Source of the DNA: an uncultured delta proteobacterium
GTDB taxonomy: Bacteria > Myxococcota_A > Polyangia > Polyangiales > Polyangiaceae
NCBI GenBank assembly: GCA_963716725.1
Contig: CAVQUB010000011.1
Location: 448,001-512,000, forward strand
DNA length: 64,000 bases
Direction of reading: 5' to 3'
Of the stretch, positions 30,270 through 39,935 are shown piece by piece. The translations under genes were made by a program, and so were the position numbers. The stretch's first letter is position 1. Every line of letters begins with the position of its first letter. The notes beneath the pieces are model-generated. The model saw only the letters and a list, made by a program, of their open reading frames with translations. It made no database searches and was not told the origin of the DNA.

Positions 30270-31668
30270 TCACTTTGCCAGCGCCGCCAGGCACTCGTAG
30301 GCGGCGTATTTGTAGCTCTCGGCCAGGGTTGGGTAGTTGAACACCATCTCGATGAAGAGGTCGACCGACGCCTCGCAGTGCAGCGCGGTCTGACCGATGT
30401 GCACCAGCTCGGTGGCGCGCTCGCCGATCACGTGCACGCCGACGATCCGGCGGGTGCCGCGCTCGACGACCAGCTTGGTGATGCCCTCGACGTCACCGGT
30501 GATCTGCCCCCGCGCGTTGTTGCGGTAGAGCGCCCGGCCCACGACCACGTCCATGCCCTTGACCCGCGCGGTCTCCACGGTCTCGCCGACCGCGCTGACC
30601 TCGGGGATGGTGTAGATGCCGTAGGGCACGATCTCGGCGACCGCCTGCTTGTACTCGAAGCCAAACGCCTTGCAGATCGCGACGCGGCCCTGCTCCATGC
30701 TGGCCGACGCCAGGGCCGGAAATCCGATCACGTCGCCGGCCGCGAGAACGCTCGGTACCGTGGTGCGGTACGCGGCGTCCACCTGCAGGTAGCCGCGGGC
30801 GTTCGGCGTCACCCCGATGCGATCCAGCTTCAGCGTGTCGGTGTTGCCGATGCGCCCCGCCGCGAAGAGCAGGTACTCGGTCTCGAGCCGCTCGTCGCCG
30901 AGCTCGGTGACGATCACCTTGCCCTCGCGGGCCACGCGGTTCCAGCGCTTGCCGAGCACGATCCGGATGCCGAGCTTGGTCATGGCGTCGCGCAAGCGCT
31001 CGACGATCTCGCTGTCCAGAAACGGCAAGATGTCCGGGCGCGCATCCACCAACGTCACCTGCACGCCGAGCGCTGCGAACATGCAGGCGTACTCGCAGCC
31101 GATCACGCCGCCGCCCAGGATGGTCAGCGAGCTCGGCAGCTTCGAGATGCCTGAGGATCTCGTCGCTGTCGTCGATGCCAGGGTCGGCAAAGTCGATGTC
31201 CATCGGTCGGTGCGGGCGCGATCCGGTGGCGATGAGCACGAAGTCGCCGTGCAGCCGCCGCTGCCCTTCGGGGCCTTGCACCAGGACGGTGTGCGCGTCC
31301 TCGAAGCTGCCGTGGCCGCGCACGTAGGTCACCGAGTGGCGCGCGAGGTTCTCGCGGATGGTGCGCGACGCCAGCTCGGCGATGGCGTTCTTCCGGGCGA
31401 TCAGCGCCGGCACCGTAGCGGCCGCGTCCAGCTCCACCGCCACGCCGTACAGGTTGCGAGCGCGGTAGCCCGACACGTACAGCGCCGTCTCGCGCAGGGT
31501 CTTGCTTGGCAGAGTGCCGGTGTGGACGGCGGCGCCCCCGGGCTCGGGCTCGGCCTCCACCACAGCCACGCGCTTTCCGAAGTAAGCGGCCTGCGCCGCG
31601 CCCTTCTCACCGGCGGGCCCGGAGCCGATGACGACGAGATCGAAGTGTTCGGTGCTTTCGCTCCCCAT
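30270..31668 (-). CDS. sthA: Soluble pyridine nucleotide transhydrogenase, one frameshift near 31150
   Basis: VIGSGPAGEK and GGAAVHTGTLPSKTLRE in one frame; ILGGGVIGCEYA, ALASASMEQGR, FNYPTLAESYKYAA in another; one extra base joins them. Confidence 0.9.
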
Positions 31669-31693
31669 GCCGCCATCGTAGACCGACTCGCAG

Positions 31694-32515
31694 ATGTCCG
31701 CCGAGCCCGTGATCGACGCCTGGATCCAGCACCCGAACCCCGGCTTTCTGGCCCATCCCCTGTTTGCCTCGCTCCGCCGCTGGCTGGGAGCCAGCGAAGT
31801 CCCCGACGCCTTCCCCCTCGAGCTCACGGTCGCGGCCCTCGAGAGCGCCAACGTGAAGCACGCGCTCTTGTCGGCATGGCACGGCCCCAGCGGCGCGATG
31901 ATCTCCAACGACGAGGTGGCGAGCGCCGTGCGTGCGCGCCCCGATCTGTTCAGCGGCGTGGCGTCGGTCGACTTGGCGCGACCCATGGACGCAGTGCGCG
32001 AGCTGCGGCGCGCGGTGAAGCAGCTCGGCATGAAGGCCCTGCGGATCTTGCCGTGGCTCTGGAACCTGCCACCGAACGATCGTCGCTATTACCCGCTCTA
32101 CGCCGAGTGCGTCGAGCTCGGCATCCCCTTCTGTCTCCAGGTCGGGCACACCGGACCGCTCGCGCCCTCCGATCCGGGTCGGCCCATACCGTATCTGGAC
32201 GAGGTCGCCCTCGATTTTCCCGAGCTGGTGATCGTGGGCGGTCACATCGGATACCCGTGGCAGAGCGAGATGATCGCGCTCGCGACCAAATACGAGAACG
32301 TCTACATCGACACCAGCGCGTACAAGCCCAAGCGCTTCCCGCCGGAGCTGGTGAGCTTCCTCCGGGGTCACGGCCGCTCGAAGGTGCTCTTCGGCTCCAA
32401 CTACCCGATGCTCTTGCCGGGCGACTGCCTGGCGCAGATCGACGAGCTCGGGCTGGACGCAGCAGCGCGCGGCGCGTTTCTTCACGACAACGCGGCGCGC
32501 GTCTTTCGCCTTTGA
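31694..32515 (+). CDS. Amidohydrolase family protein (Amidohydro_2)
   Basis: IDAWIQHP, YYPLYAECVELGIP, QVGHTG, GGHIGYPW, NVYIDTSAY, VLFGSNYP. Confidence 0.9.
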   Translation: MSAEPVIDAWIQHPNPGFLAHPLFASLRRWLGASEVPDAFPLELTVAALESANVKHALLSAWHGPSGAMISNDEVASAVRARPDLFSGVASVDLARPMDAVRELRRAVKQLGMKALRILPWLWNLPPNDRRYYPLYAECVELGIPFCLQVGHTGPLAPSDPGRPIPYLDEVALDFPELVIVGGHIGYPWQSEMIALATKYENVYIDTSAYKPKRFPPELVSFLRGHGRSKVLFGSNYPMLLPGDCLAQIDELGLDAAARGAFLHDNAARVFRL

Positions 32516-32548
32516 CGCGCCGGCCTCCTGCCGTAGGTTCCGCGCCCC

Positions 32549-33982
32549 ATGATGCGCTCACTCCCGGTCTTGCTCGCCCTCGCTCTCTTTTCGACCGCCT
32601 GCGGCAGTGACGACTCCGGCGGCGGCGGGGGTGGGAGCGGCGGCGCAGGCGCCACCGGCGGCGCAGGCGGGAGCGGCGGCGGCAGCACGGATCCACTCGT
32701 GCTCGTGCCCCCGGTCGCGCTTTCCGCGACCGTCGCCGACTGCCCAGCCGCGTTCCAGACCGCGCCGGACAGCGGGCAGCACACAGGCTTCGACGTCGCC
32801 GGTCAGTCGCGCGGCTTCTACTTGCAGCTCTCGACGGCGGCCGCAGATCAGTTCCCGGGACCGCGTCCGCTGATGGTGGCGTTCCACGGTACGGGCGAGA
32901 GCGGCCAGAAGATCTTCAGTCGCGCCAAGCTCCAGAGCTTCGTCGATGCCGGCTTCATCGTGGTTGCGCCCGACGGCGCAGGCAACGGCACGCTGTGGCC
33001 GGTCTGGGACGCGCTGCGCGAGGCCAAGGACGAAGCTCTACCGAACAAGGATCTGGAGTACTTCGACCAGCTGGTGAAGTGCGTCGCGGCGCACCACCCG
33101 GTGGACGAAAGGCGCATCTACGTCTCGGGGCACTCGGCCGGCGGCATCTTCAGCAACCGCGTCCTGCGCGCGCGCGCGAGCCTGCTCGCTGGCGGCATCC
33201 CGGCCTCGGGCGTGTTCGACCTCACCGCGGCCGCTCCTGCGCCGGCGGTCGACGGCCTGGCGGTGCTCGTCACTTGGGGCGGCGACAACGACGCCTACAG
33301 CGGCAGCACCGGCGGTCAGACGGTGCCCAGCGTGAATTTCGTCGAGCAAGCAGCCATCGCCAGCCAGCACTACGAAAAGAACGCAGAGCAAGCCTACTGC
33401 CATGGCAAAAACCTCGGTCACGCCTGGCTCGACGACGCCAACCCCTGGATGATCGACTACCTGCTCGCCCACCCGAAGGGCCTGGCGAAAGGCAGCCCGT
33501 GGAAGTACGTCGCGCCGCCCGCCAGCGCTGACTTCGAGTGCGACGAGAGCGCCGCGACCTTCGTGAATCCGAACGCGGTGACCTGCGCCGCCACGCCCAC
33601 GGCCAAGTGCCAGAGCTATTGCCAGCTCATCGGCGACTGCGCCGCCGAAAACGCGACGGTCGAACCGGTGCTCGGTCCCCAGCTGGAGACGCTGGGCTTC
33701 AGCGGCGCGAGCCACCTCGAGTGCGGCGGCTGCCTCACGAAGTGCGAGGCGGACGCCAGCGCCGGCGGCGCGACCGACTCGGGCGTGCTCGACTGCTTCG
33801 CGACCGCGGCGTCGAGCGCGGTCTGCGGCGGCGGCATCGACGGCGCGCTGCCCTTCATCGATGCTTCCAACGCCTGCTGCAAGGACAAGACCTCGAGCAA
33901 GATCTGCACGACGCTGTGCACGGCCATCAACACCAACACCGTGGCCAAGACCCTCTTCGACACCTGCGCCGCCTGGCCGTGA
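32549..33982 (+). CDS. Alpha/beta-hydrolase (esterase/PHB-depolymerase-like) lipoprotein with Cys-rich C-terminus
   Basis: Lipobox STAC, PLMVAFHG, VDERRIYVSGHSAGG nucleophile elbow, GDND, GHAW. Confidence 0.8.
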   Translation: MMRSLPVLLALALFSTACGSDDSGGGGGGSGGAGATGGAGGSGGGSTDPLVLVPPVALSATVADCPAAFQTAPDSGQHTGFDVAGQSRGFYLQLSTAAADQFPGPRPLMVAFHGTGESGQKIFSRAKLQSFVDAGFIVVAPDGAGNGTLWPVWDALREAKDEALPNKDLEYFDQLVKCVAAHHPVDERRIYVSGHSAGGIFSNRVLRARASLLAGGIPASGVFDLTAAAPAPAVDGLAVLVTWGGDNDAYSGSTGGQTVPSVNFVEQAAIASQHYEKNAEQAYCHGKNLGHAWLDDANPWMIDYLLAHPKGLAKGSPWKYVAPPASADFECDESAATFVNPNAVTCAATPTAKCQSYCQLIGDCAAENATVEPVLGPQLETLGFSGASHLECGGCLTKCEADASAGGATDSGVLDCFATAASSAVCGGGIDGALPFIDASNACCKDKTSSKICTTLCTAINTNTVAKTLFDTCAAWP

Positions 33983-34693
33983 TCAGCGGATCAGCACGCT
34001 GACCTTGGCCGGGGCGTCCCGCGTCGCCACCAGACCGCGCGCGCGAACGCCGAGCAGCGCGGTCGCGATGCAGTCCGACGCGCTCTCGCCCGTCTCGTCG
34101 GGCGGCGCCACGCCCGCCGACAGCACCTCACCGCTGTCGTTCACGTAGACCGTGGCCGTGAAGGCGCCGGGCACGCCCTTGCGGCAGGCCCGCGTGGCCA
34201 CTCGCGCCTGGTAGGTGAAGCCCGACGCCCGCGCCGCGTTGAGCTCGCGCGGCGACTCGGCCGCCTCGACCTCGAAGGACGTCTCGGCCAGACCCTCGCC
34301 GCTCTTCGGCCGCGGCCAGCGCCGACCCTTGACCAGCTCGAGCACGCACAGCTCCGCTTCGCGATCGCCCAGGGTGGTGTCGCTGAGGTAGGCCCAGCGC
34401 ACGTTGCCGCTGCGATCGACCCGCATGCGCACGTTGACCCGTCCGCCGATGGCGCTCAGGCGCTGGCTGGCCTGCTCGACGCAGCGAATGAACCGGGGGT
34501 GCAGCTCGGCCAGGCTTCGTTCGACCCCGTACTGGCTCATGCCGCCGATCTCGGACTCGAGGGACAGCGGGCCCGTTCCCAGCTGCAGCTCCTCTTCGAT
34601 GTCTTCGATCACGGGCTTGGCCGCCTCCGGGGATGGGGGTGCGACGGCGGCGCAGCTCGAGGCGAGCAGCAGGAGGGGCAGCAGGGATCGCAT
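33983..34693 (-). CDS. Lipoprotein with AgmX/PglI-C (TonB-C-like) domain
   Basis: Lipobox ASSC; C...GRVNVRMRVDRSG...LGDREAELCV...WPRPKSG. Confidence 0.65.
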   Translation of the reverse strand: MRSLLPLLLLASSCAAVAPPSPEAAKPVIEDIEEELQLGTGPLSLESEIGGMSQYGVERSLAELHPRFIRCVEQASQRLSAIGGRVNVRMRVDRSGNVRWAYLSDTTLGDREAELCVLELVKGRRWPRPKSGEGLAETSFEVEAAESPRELNAARASGFTYQARVATRACRKGVPGAFTATVYVNDSGEVLSAGVAPPDETGESASDCIATALLGVRARGLVATRDAPAKVSVLIR

Positions 34694-34820
34694 TCGCTGC
34701 ACAGACACGCCCCGCTCCCCGCCCTTGCACGAAAGGTGCGGCCTGGACCCCGGGCTGGCCCAGCGGAGGGCGGGATGCGAGACTGCATTCGGCCGACGTT
34801 GTGGGGGAGATGAACGACGA

Positions 34821-35990
34821 ATGCGCACCCTGATCCGACTCGCTCTGGTGTGCGGCGCAGGGGCCCTGGTGGCCAGCGCCTGTGGAGGCATGGCGGAGCC
34901 GAGCGAGGGGGACCCGACCCCAGACTCCGGATCCGACGCCCACGACGCGGGCTCGATTCCGGACGCGAGCTCGGACAGCGTACCGACCTGCGCGCCGGCG
35001 GGCGCCAAATGCGACGGCTACCTCGACTGCTGCTCGCTCACCTGCAGCTTCGGCGTGTGCGGATTCGACGCGGGCGCATGCACGCCCAACGGCCAGGCTT
35101 GCACCGCCTATTCGGAGTGCTGCGCGGGCTTCTGCGCCAACGGCGTCTGCGGCTTCGACGCCGGCTACTGCAAGAGCGACGGGGCCAAGTGCAGCACGGC
35201 TTCGGAGTGCTGCGCGGGAGTCTGCGCCAACGGTGTCTGCGGCTTCGACGCCGGCTCCTGCAAGAACAATGGTCAGTCGTGTGACAAGGCTTGGCAGTGC
35301 TGCTCGGGCGTCTGCAACTTCGGCATCTGTGGCTACGACGCCGGCTCGTGCCATCAGATCGGCCAGTCGTGCGGCTCTCCGTGGGACTGCTGCTCGGGCC
35401 TCTGCAATGCGGGCGCCTGCAGTCTGGAAGCCGGCGCGTGCCAGGCGAACGGCCAGGCCTGTGGCGCCCCCTGGGAGTGCTGCTCCTCGAGCTGCGGGGG
35501 CGGCGTCTGCGGGTGGTACGACGCGGGCGCCTGCAAGGTCATCGGCGCGCAGTGCTCGAGTCCCGGTGAGTGCTGCGCAGGAGGCTGCTCCGGCGGGGTC
35601 TGCAAGGCGGATCCCGATGCGGGGCTCTGCGCAAAGAACTCTTCGTGGTGCTGGACCGATGGCGATTGCTGTTCCGGGTTCTGCCTGGGCACCCACTGCC
35701 AGGCGGCGGACGGGGGTTTCTGCAAATCGCCGGGCGCACCCTGCAGCAGCGACGCCCAGTGCTGCCACCAGCAGTGCCTCTCCGGAGAATGCTACGCCAA
35801 CCCCGAGGCCGGCTGGTGCTACCCGGCCGGCGCACCGTGCTCGGGCTGGAGCCAGTGCTGCTCGGAGAAGTGCCAGGCGGGCGCGTGTGTGGGCTCGGTG
35901 CCGCCCTGCAAGCCCATCGGGGGCCTGTGCTCGGGTTGGAAAGACTGCTGCTCGCAGAGCTGTGATTCCGGGCTCTGCGTCGCGCAGTGA
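34821..35990 (+). CDS. Lipoprotein with 11 tandem C-C-CC-C-C (knottin-framework) repeats
   Basis: Lipobox ASAC; repeats Cx6Cx5CCx3Cx4C separated mostly by DAG/EAG linkers. Confidence 0.85.
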   Translation: MRTLIRLALVCGAGALVASACGGMAEPSEGDPTPDSGSDAHDAGSIPDASSDSVPTCAPAGAKCDGYLDCCSLTCSFGVCGFDAGACTPNGQACTAYSECCAGFCANGVCGFDAGYCKSDGAKCSTASECCAGVCANGVCGFDAGSCKNNGQSCDKAWQCCSGVCNFGICGYDAGSCHQIGQSCGSPWDCCSGLCNAGACSLEAGACQANGQACGAPWECCSSSCGGGVCGWYDAGACKVIGAQCSSPGECCAGGCSGGVCKADPDAGLCAKNSSWCWTDGDCCSGFCLGTHCQAADGGFCKSPGAPCSSDAQCCHQQCLSGECYANPEAGWCYPAGAPCSGWSQCCSEKCQAGACVGSVPPCKPIGGLCSGWKDCCSQSCDSGLCVAQ

Positions 35991-36215
35991 TCCAGTCACG
36001 TAGCCTCGAGCTTCTACGGGATCCTGAGCATCGGCGCCGACGAGGTGAAGGCCTACCTCGCGCCGCGGAACAACACCTTTCAGAACACCGACGTGTTCGG
36101 CTCGAATTTTGGCTGCGCCGACGATTTCAAGCCAGGCCAGTGGCTGACCGACGGCAACACCTGGACTGGCAACAACTGCGCCGGCACCCCCGGAACCGGG
36201 CCCACGTACTTCTGA
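35991..36215 (+). pseudogene. Start-less coding-like segment in frame with the upstream gene (gene remnant or readthrough extension)
   Basis: 74 open codons (SSHVASSFYGILSIGADEVKAYLAPRNNTFQNTDVFG...GNTWTGNNCAGTPGTGPTYF*) with G/C-ending codons. Confidence 0.5.
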
Positions 36216-36344
36216 GCGCGACGCCCCGAACCGGCAAAATCCGCCGCTTTTCTTGATCCCCACGTGCAGCGCGTGTGGAGCTTCGGTGCAGACGCGTTCC
36301 AGGCCTTGGCGAACGGGCGAAAACGCGGCACATACCCCTTCGCC

Positions 36345-37640
36345 ATGGCCACCTCCAAAGTCGCCATCGTCCGCACCTCCCCCGCGACCGTGCTCGAGGA
36401 CTACCACCGCGTGATGAACCTGGCCGGCTACCAGGACGTGGTCGACAAGACCGCGGACACGGCGCTGAAGATCAACATCTCGCTGGCACTTCTTCTACCC
36501 CGGCAGTCGTCGACCACGCCCTGGCAGCTCGAGGGCGTGATCCGCGCCATGAAGCAGGACGGCTACGACCGCGACCTGATCCACGGCTGCCACAACCGCA
36601 CCGTGGTCATCGACGCGCACCTCGGCGAGCGCGAGAACAAGCAGATCGACGTGATCGAGGCCCACGGCCTGCGCAACGTGCACCTCTACGAGGGCGAGGA
36701 GTGGATCAACGTCCGCGACGCGGTCGGCGATCTGACCGAGAAGTTCCTCGTGCCTGAACGAGGTCTACCCCAAGGGCTTCACGCATCCCGAAGCGCTTCA
36801 TCGGCGAGAACATCATCCACCTGCCGACGGTCAAGACCCACGTCTTCACCACCACCACCGGCGCGATGAAGAACGCCTTCGGCGGCCTGCTCAACGAGCA
36901 CCGCCACTGGACGCACCCGGTGATCCACGAGACGCTGGTCGATCTGCTGATGATCCAGAAGAAGATCCACCGCGGCGTCTTCGCGGTGATGGACGGCACC
37001 TTCGCCGGCGACGGGCCCGGGCCCGCGCTGCATGATCCCGCACGTCAAGAACGTGATGCTGGCCTCGCGCCGACCAGGTGGCCATCGACGCCGTGGCCGC
37101 CAAGCTGATGGGCTTCGACCCGCTGCGCGACCTCAAGTTCATCCGCCTGGCCCACGAGCAGGGCCTGGGCTGCGGCGACCCGCGCGAGATCGAGATCGTC
37201 GGCGACCTGGACGCCGCCGAGGAGAACTGGCACTTCGACGGCCCGTTCAAGAAGATGACCTTCGCCAGCACGAATGCAGCACCAGATCTACTGGGGCCCG
37301 CTCAAGAAGCCCGTCGAGTGGTCGCTCAAGACCTGGCTCGCGCCCTGGGCCTACGTCGCGTCGGTCGCGTACCACGACATGTTCTGGTACCCGTTCTACG
37401 GCAAGGCGCGCGTCGAGGAGGCGCTGCGCAGCGACTGGGGCCGGCTCTTCGCCAACTGGGGCAAGGCCCAGCCCGACGCCGCAGGCCGCGGTTATCCCGA
37501 CGTGGGCTCCGAGCACCCCGAGCTGGTGCGCACTGGCCTGAAGCATTTCGCCGAAGGGCTTCCGCCTGGTCGGCATGGCCGTGGCCGAGAGCCCAGAGAT
37601 CCAGGCCCGCAAGCGTCGCTCAGCCCAAGCGGAGCTCTGA
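36345..37640 (+). pseudogene. DUF362-family protein, multiply frameshifted (pseudogene or sequencing errors)
   Basis: Reconstructs across frames to SKVAIV...KINISWHFFYPGSSTTPWQLEG...HLPTVKTHVFTTTTGAMKNAFGG...DGTFAGDGPGPRCM...DQVAIDAVAAKLMGFDP. Confidence 0.75.
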
Positions 37641-37649
37641 TCACCTCCG

Positions 37650-38195
37650 TCAGAGGTGGATGAGTCCGCGGCGCGCGGCGAGCAAGATCGCCGCGACGTG
37701 CACGCCGTGGAAAATTTCACCGCGCTCGATGCAGGCCACGAGCTCTCGAACCGGGACGAGCACCACGCGGATGTGCTCGCTCTCGTCGAGCTGCTGCTCG
37801 GCTACTTTCAGCGAGTGCCGCGCGAAGAAGAAATGCGCCCGATTGGTGTGCCGACTGGGTTCAGTGTTCAGCGTGACCAGCGGCTCCCAGTCCTGGGCTT
37901 CGTAGCCCGTCTCTTCGCGCAGCTCGCGGCGAGCCGCCTCGAGCACCGACTCGTGCCCGTCCACAACGCCTGCGGGTAGCTCACGGCTGATCCGGGCCGC
38001 GCCGTGCCGGTACTGCTCGACCATCACGACGTGGTCGTCGTCGGTCAGCGCCAAGATGGCCGTCCAATCCGGCGCAACGATCACATGGAACTCGTCGATC
38101 TCTCCGCCGTGCGGCAGCTCGATGCGCTCCTCCCTCACTTGGAGCCACTTCCGGTCCAGGAGAATCGAGCTGTCAACGATGCGCCAAGGTCTCAT
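37650..38195 (-). CDS. NUDIX hydrolase (ADP-ribose pyrophosphatase-like)
   Basis: QYRH...ELPAGVVD...AARRELREETG Nudix box, LDESE. Confidence 0.92.
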   Translation of the reverse strand: MRPWRIVDSSILLDRKWLQVREERIELPHGGEIDEFHVIVAPDWTAILALTDDDHVVMVEQYRHGAARISRELPAGVVDGHESVLEAARRELREETGYEAQDWEPLVTLNTEPSRHTNRAHFFFARHSLKVAEQQLDESEHIRVVLVPVRELVACIERGEIFHGVHVAAILLAARRGLIHL

Positions 38196-38310
38196 GCGGT
38201 CCTCACTTCGCCTCTACGCACCGGGGCACTATATCTGACAGATCCGCGGAGGAGCACCGAGGAGGCACGGAACATTTCCATCCTCGCCCGTGTCGCTCTA
38301 AGAAGGCCCG

Positions 38311-39909
38311 ATGTTGCGCGCTCCCCTGATCGCCTCCCTGCTCTGCCTCTCCGCCCTCACTACCGCCTGCGCCGGCGCGCAGCCACCGGCCGCGCTGCCG
38401 CCGAGCACGCCGCCCCCGGCAGCCCCGACTGCCGCGACACCCGACGATCCGTCGATGGCGCTGCCCGGCGACGCAGACAAAGTTCCGCCCCCGCCTGCCG
38501 AATGCGACGCGTTTCTGACCCGTAGCGCCCCGGCGGCCAGCTGCGACGAAAAGAACGCGCACGGGCTGTTGGCCGACGCGCTCGCCAAGGCCGATCTGGC
38601 CGAGCGCGACGCGGCGCTTTCGGCCCTCGAGGGCTGCGCCAAGCTGCCGCCGGGGCTCGGCCGAGCGCTGCGCGCCGAGCTCGCGCCGGTCGCGTGCGGC
38701 GACGTCTTGGTCGAACCCACCCTCGCGAAGCCACCCACCGGGCTCGACCCCGAGATGCGCGACACGCTGATGGGCCTCGGCTTCGCGGCCCGGGCCGCCC
38801 GACTGGTCCGCGAGGCCCCGAAGCTCGCGCCGCCCCACTCCAAGTCGCGGGTGAACCAGTTCGTCTCCGGTCCGCTGAGGCACTGGATCGAGGGGCAGGC
38901 GAAAGCCATTCACTCCGTGAGCCTGCACGGCTCGAACCTGACCGGTTACGGCAAGGCCGTGGTCGCCATCGAGGCGGGCCTCGCAGATCTGCGCTTCGTC
39001 GAAGTGGCGCGCTCCGCGCCGATGCCAGAAGAGCTCGCCAAAGACCCCGAGCTGCGCGATGCCTACGTCGGCGCGCTGGAACAAGCGCTCGAGCCCCGAA
39101 AGAACCGCGGTCGCGACGCGGCCTTGGTGGGGCTGAAGAGGCTAGCGGAAGCCGGCGTCATCCACGACGCCCGGGTCGCCCGCGCGCGCAAGCTCTTGTC
39201 CGAGGTCTACGCCGGGCGGCGCATCGACGCCCTCGACTCGCTGCTGCTGCCGGAGCTGCCAGCCGCGAAGCCGAAGACCGATCTCGAGCGTCTCGCCGCG
39301 CTCCTGCCGACCCCCTACGCAGCACAAGTGTTCGCCGCGCACCCACCTGGCGACGCGGTGCTGCTGCGATCGCTGATCGATCGCGGCCTGCCCAGGCCCA
39401 CACGCGGGAAGCTGCAATCCGACAAGGCGCTCTCCGCCGACAGCCGTCGCTTGCTGGCACGGGCGCTGTTCGCCTTGGGCCAGCGCTACTGGCGGGCGGC
39501 GGACTTCGCTGCGGCGGCTGCCGCGCTGGGCGGCTGGAGGCCCACGGGCGCAACCAAGGACGAGGTCGAGCTCGTCACTGCCCTTGCCAGCATCTTGCAG
39601 TCGGGACCCAAAGACGCGACCGAGATGATGGCGAAGGGACCGCAGCTTCCCAAGGGAGTCGGCGATGTGGCCAAGCTCGACGAGATCGGAAAGGGCAAGG
39701 GCGAGCGCGCGGGCATCGCGCTCTTCAACGCCGCACGGCTGCTCGAAATCGCACGCCCGTTGAACGCCGATGCTGCGTACTTCGAGTCCATTGCGGTGCG
39801 CTACACCAAGGCGGCGGCGGAGCTCGGCGACGCGACAAAGAAGCGCGAGGCGACCGATCGCGCCAAGGCCGCCCGGGACACCGTGACCGCCCTGGGCAAG
39901 AAGCCCTGA
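38311..39909 (+). CDS. Hypothetical alpha-helical lipoprotein
   Basis: Lipobox TTAC; 532 aa ORF with typical codon usage. Confidence 0.7.
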   Translation: MLRAPLIASLLCLSALTTACAGAQPPAALPPSTPPPAAPTAATPDDPSMALPGDADKVPPPPAECDAFLTRSAPAASCDEKNAHGLLADALAKADLAERDAALSALEGCAKLPPGLGRALRAELAPVACGDVLVEPTLAKPPTGLDPEMRDTLMGLGFAARAARLVREAPKLAPPHSKSRVNQFVSGPLRHWIEGQAKAIHSVSLHGSNLTGYGKAVVAIEAGLADLRFVEVARSAPMPEELAKDPELRDAYVGALEQALEPRKNRGRDAALVGLKRLAEAGVIHDARVARARKLLSEVYAGRRIDALDSLLLPELPAAKPKTDLERLAALLPTPYAAQVFAAHPPGDAVLLRSLIDRGLPRPTRGKLQSDKALSADSRRLLARALFALGQRYWRAADFAAAAAALGGWRPTGATKDEVELVTALASILQSGPKDATEMMAKGPQLPKGVGDVAKLDEIGKGKGERAGIALFNAARLLEIARPLNADAAYFESIAVRYTKAAAELGDATKKREATDRAKAARDTVTALGKKP

Positions 39910-39935
39910 CGACGCGGCCGTACTACAATACGCCC

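Noticed and set aside
34821..35990. Classical RiPP biosynthetic gene cluster
   Set aside because: No modifying enzyme, dedicated peptidase or transporter is adjacent; kept only as a processing hypothesis
35988..35990. Selenocysteine codon
   Set aside because: The TGA is not at a Cys position of the repeat and I could not identify a convincing SECIS hairpin
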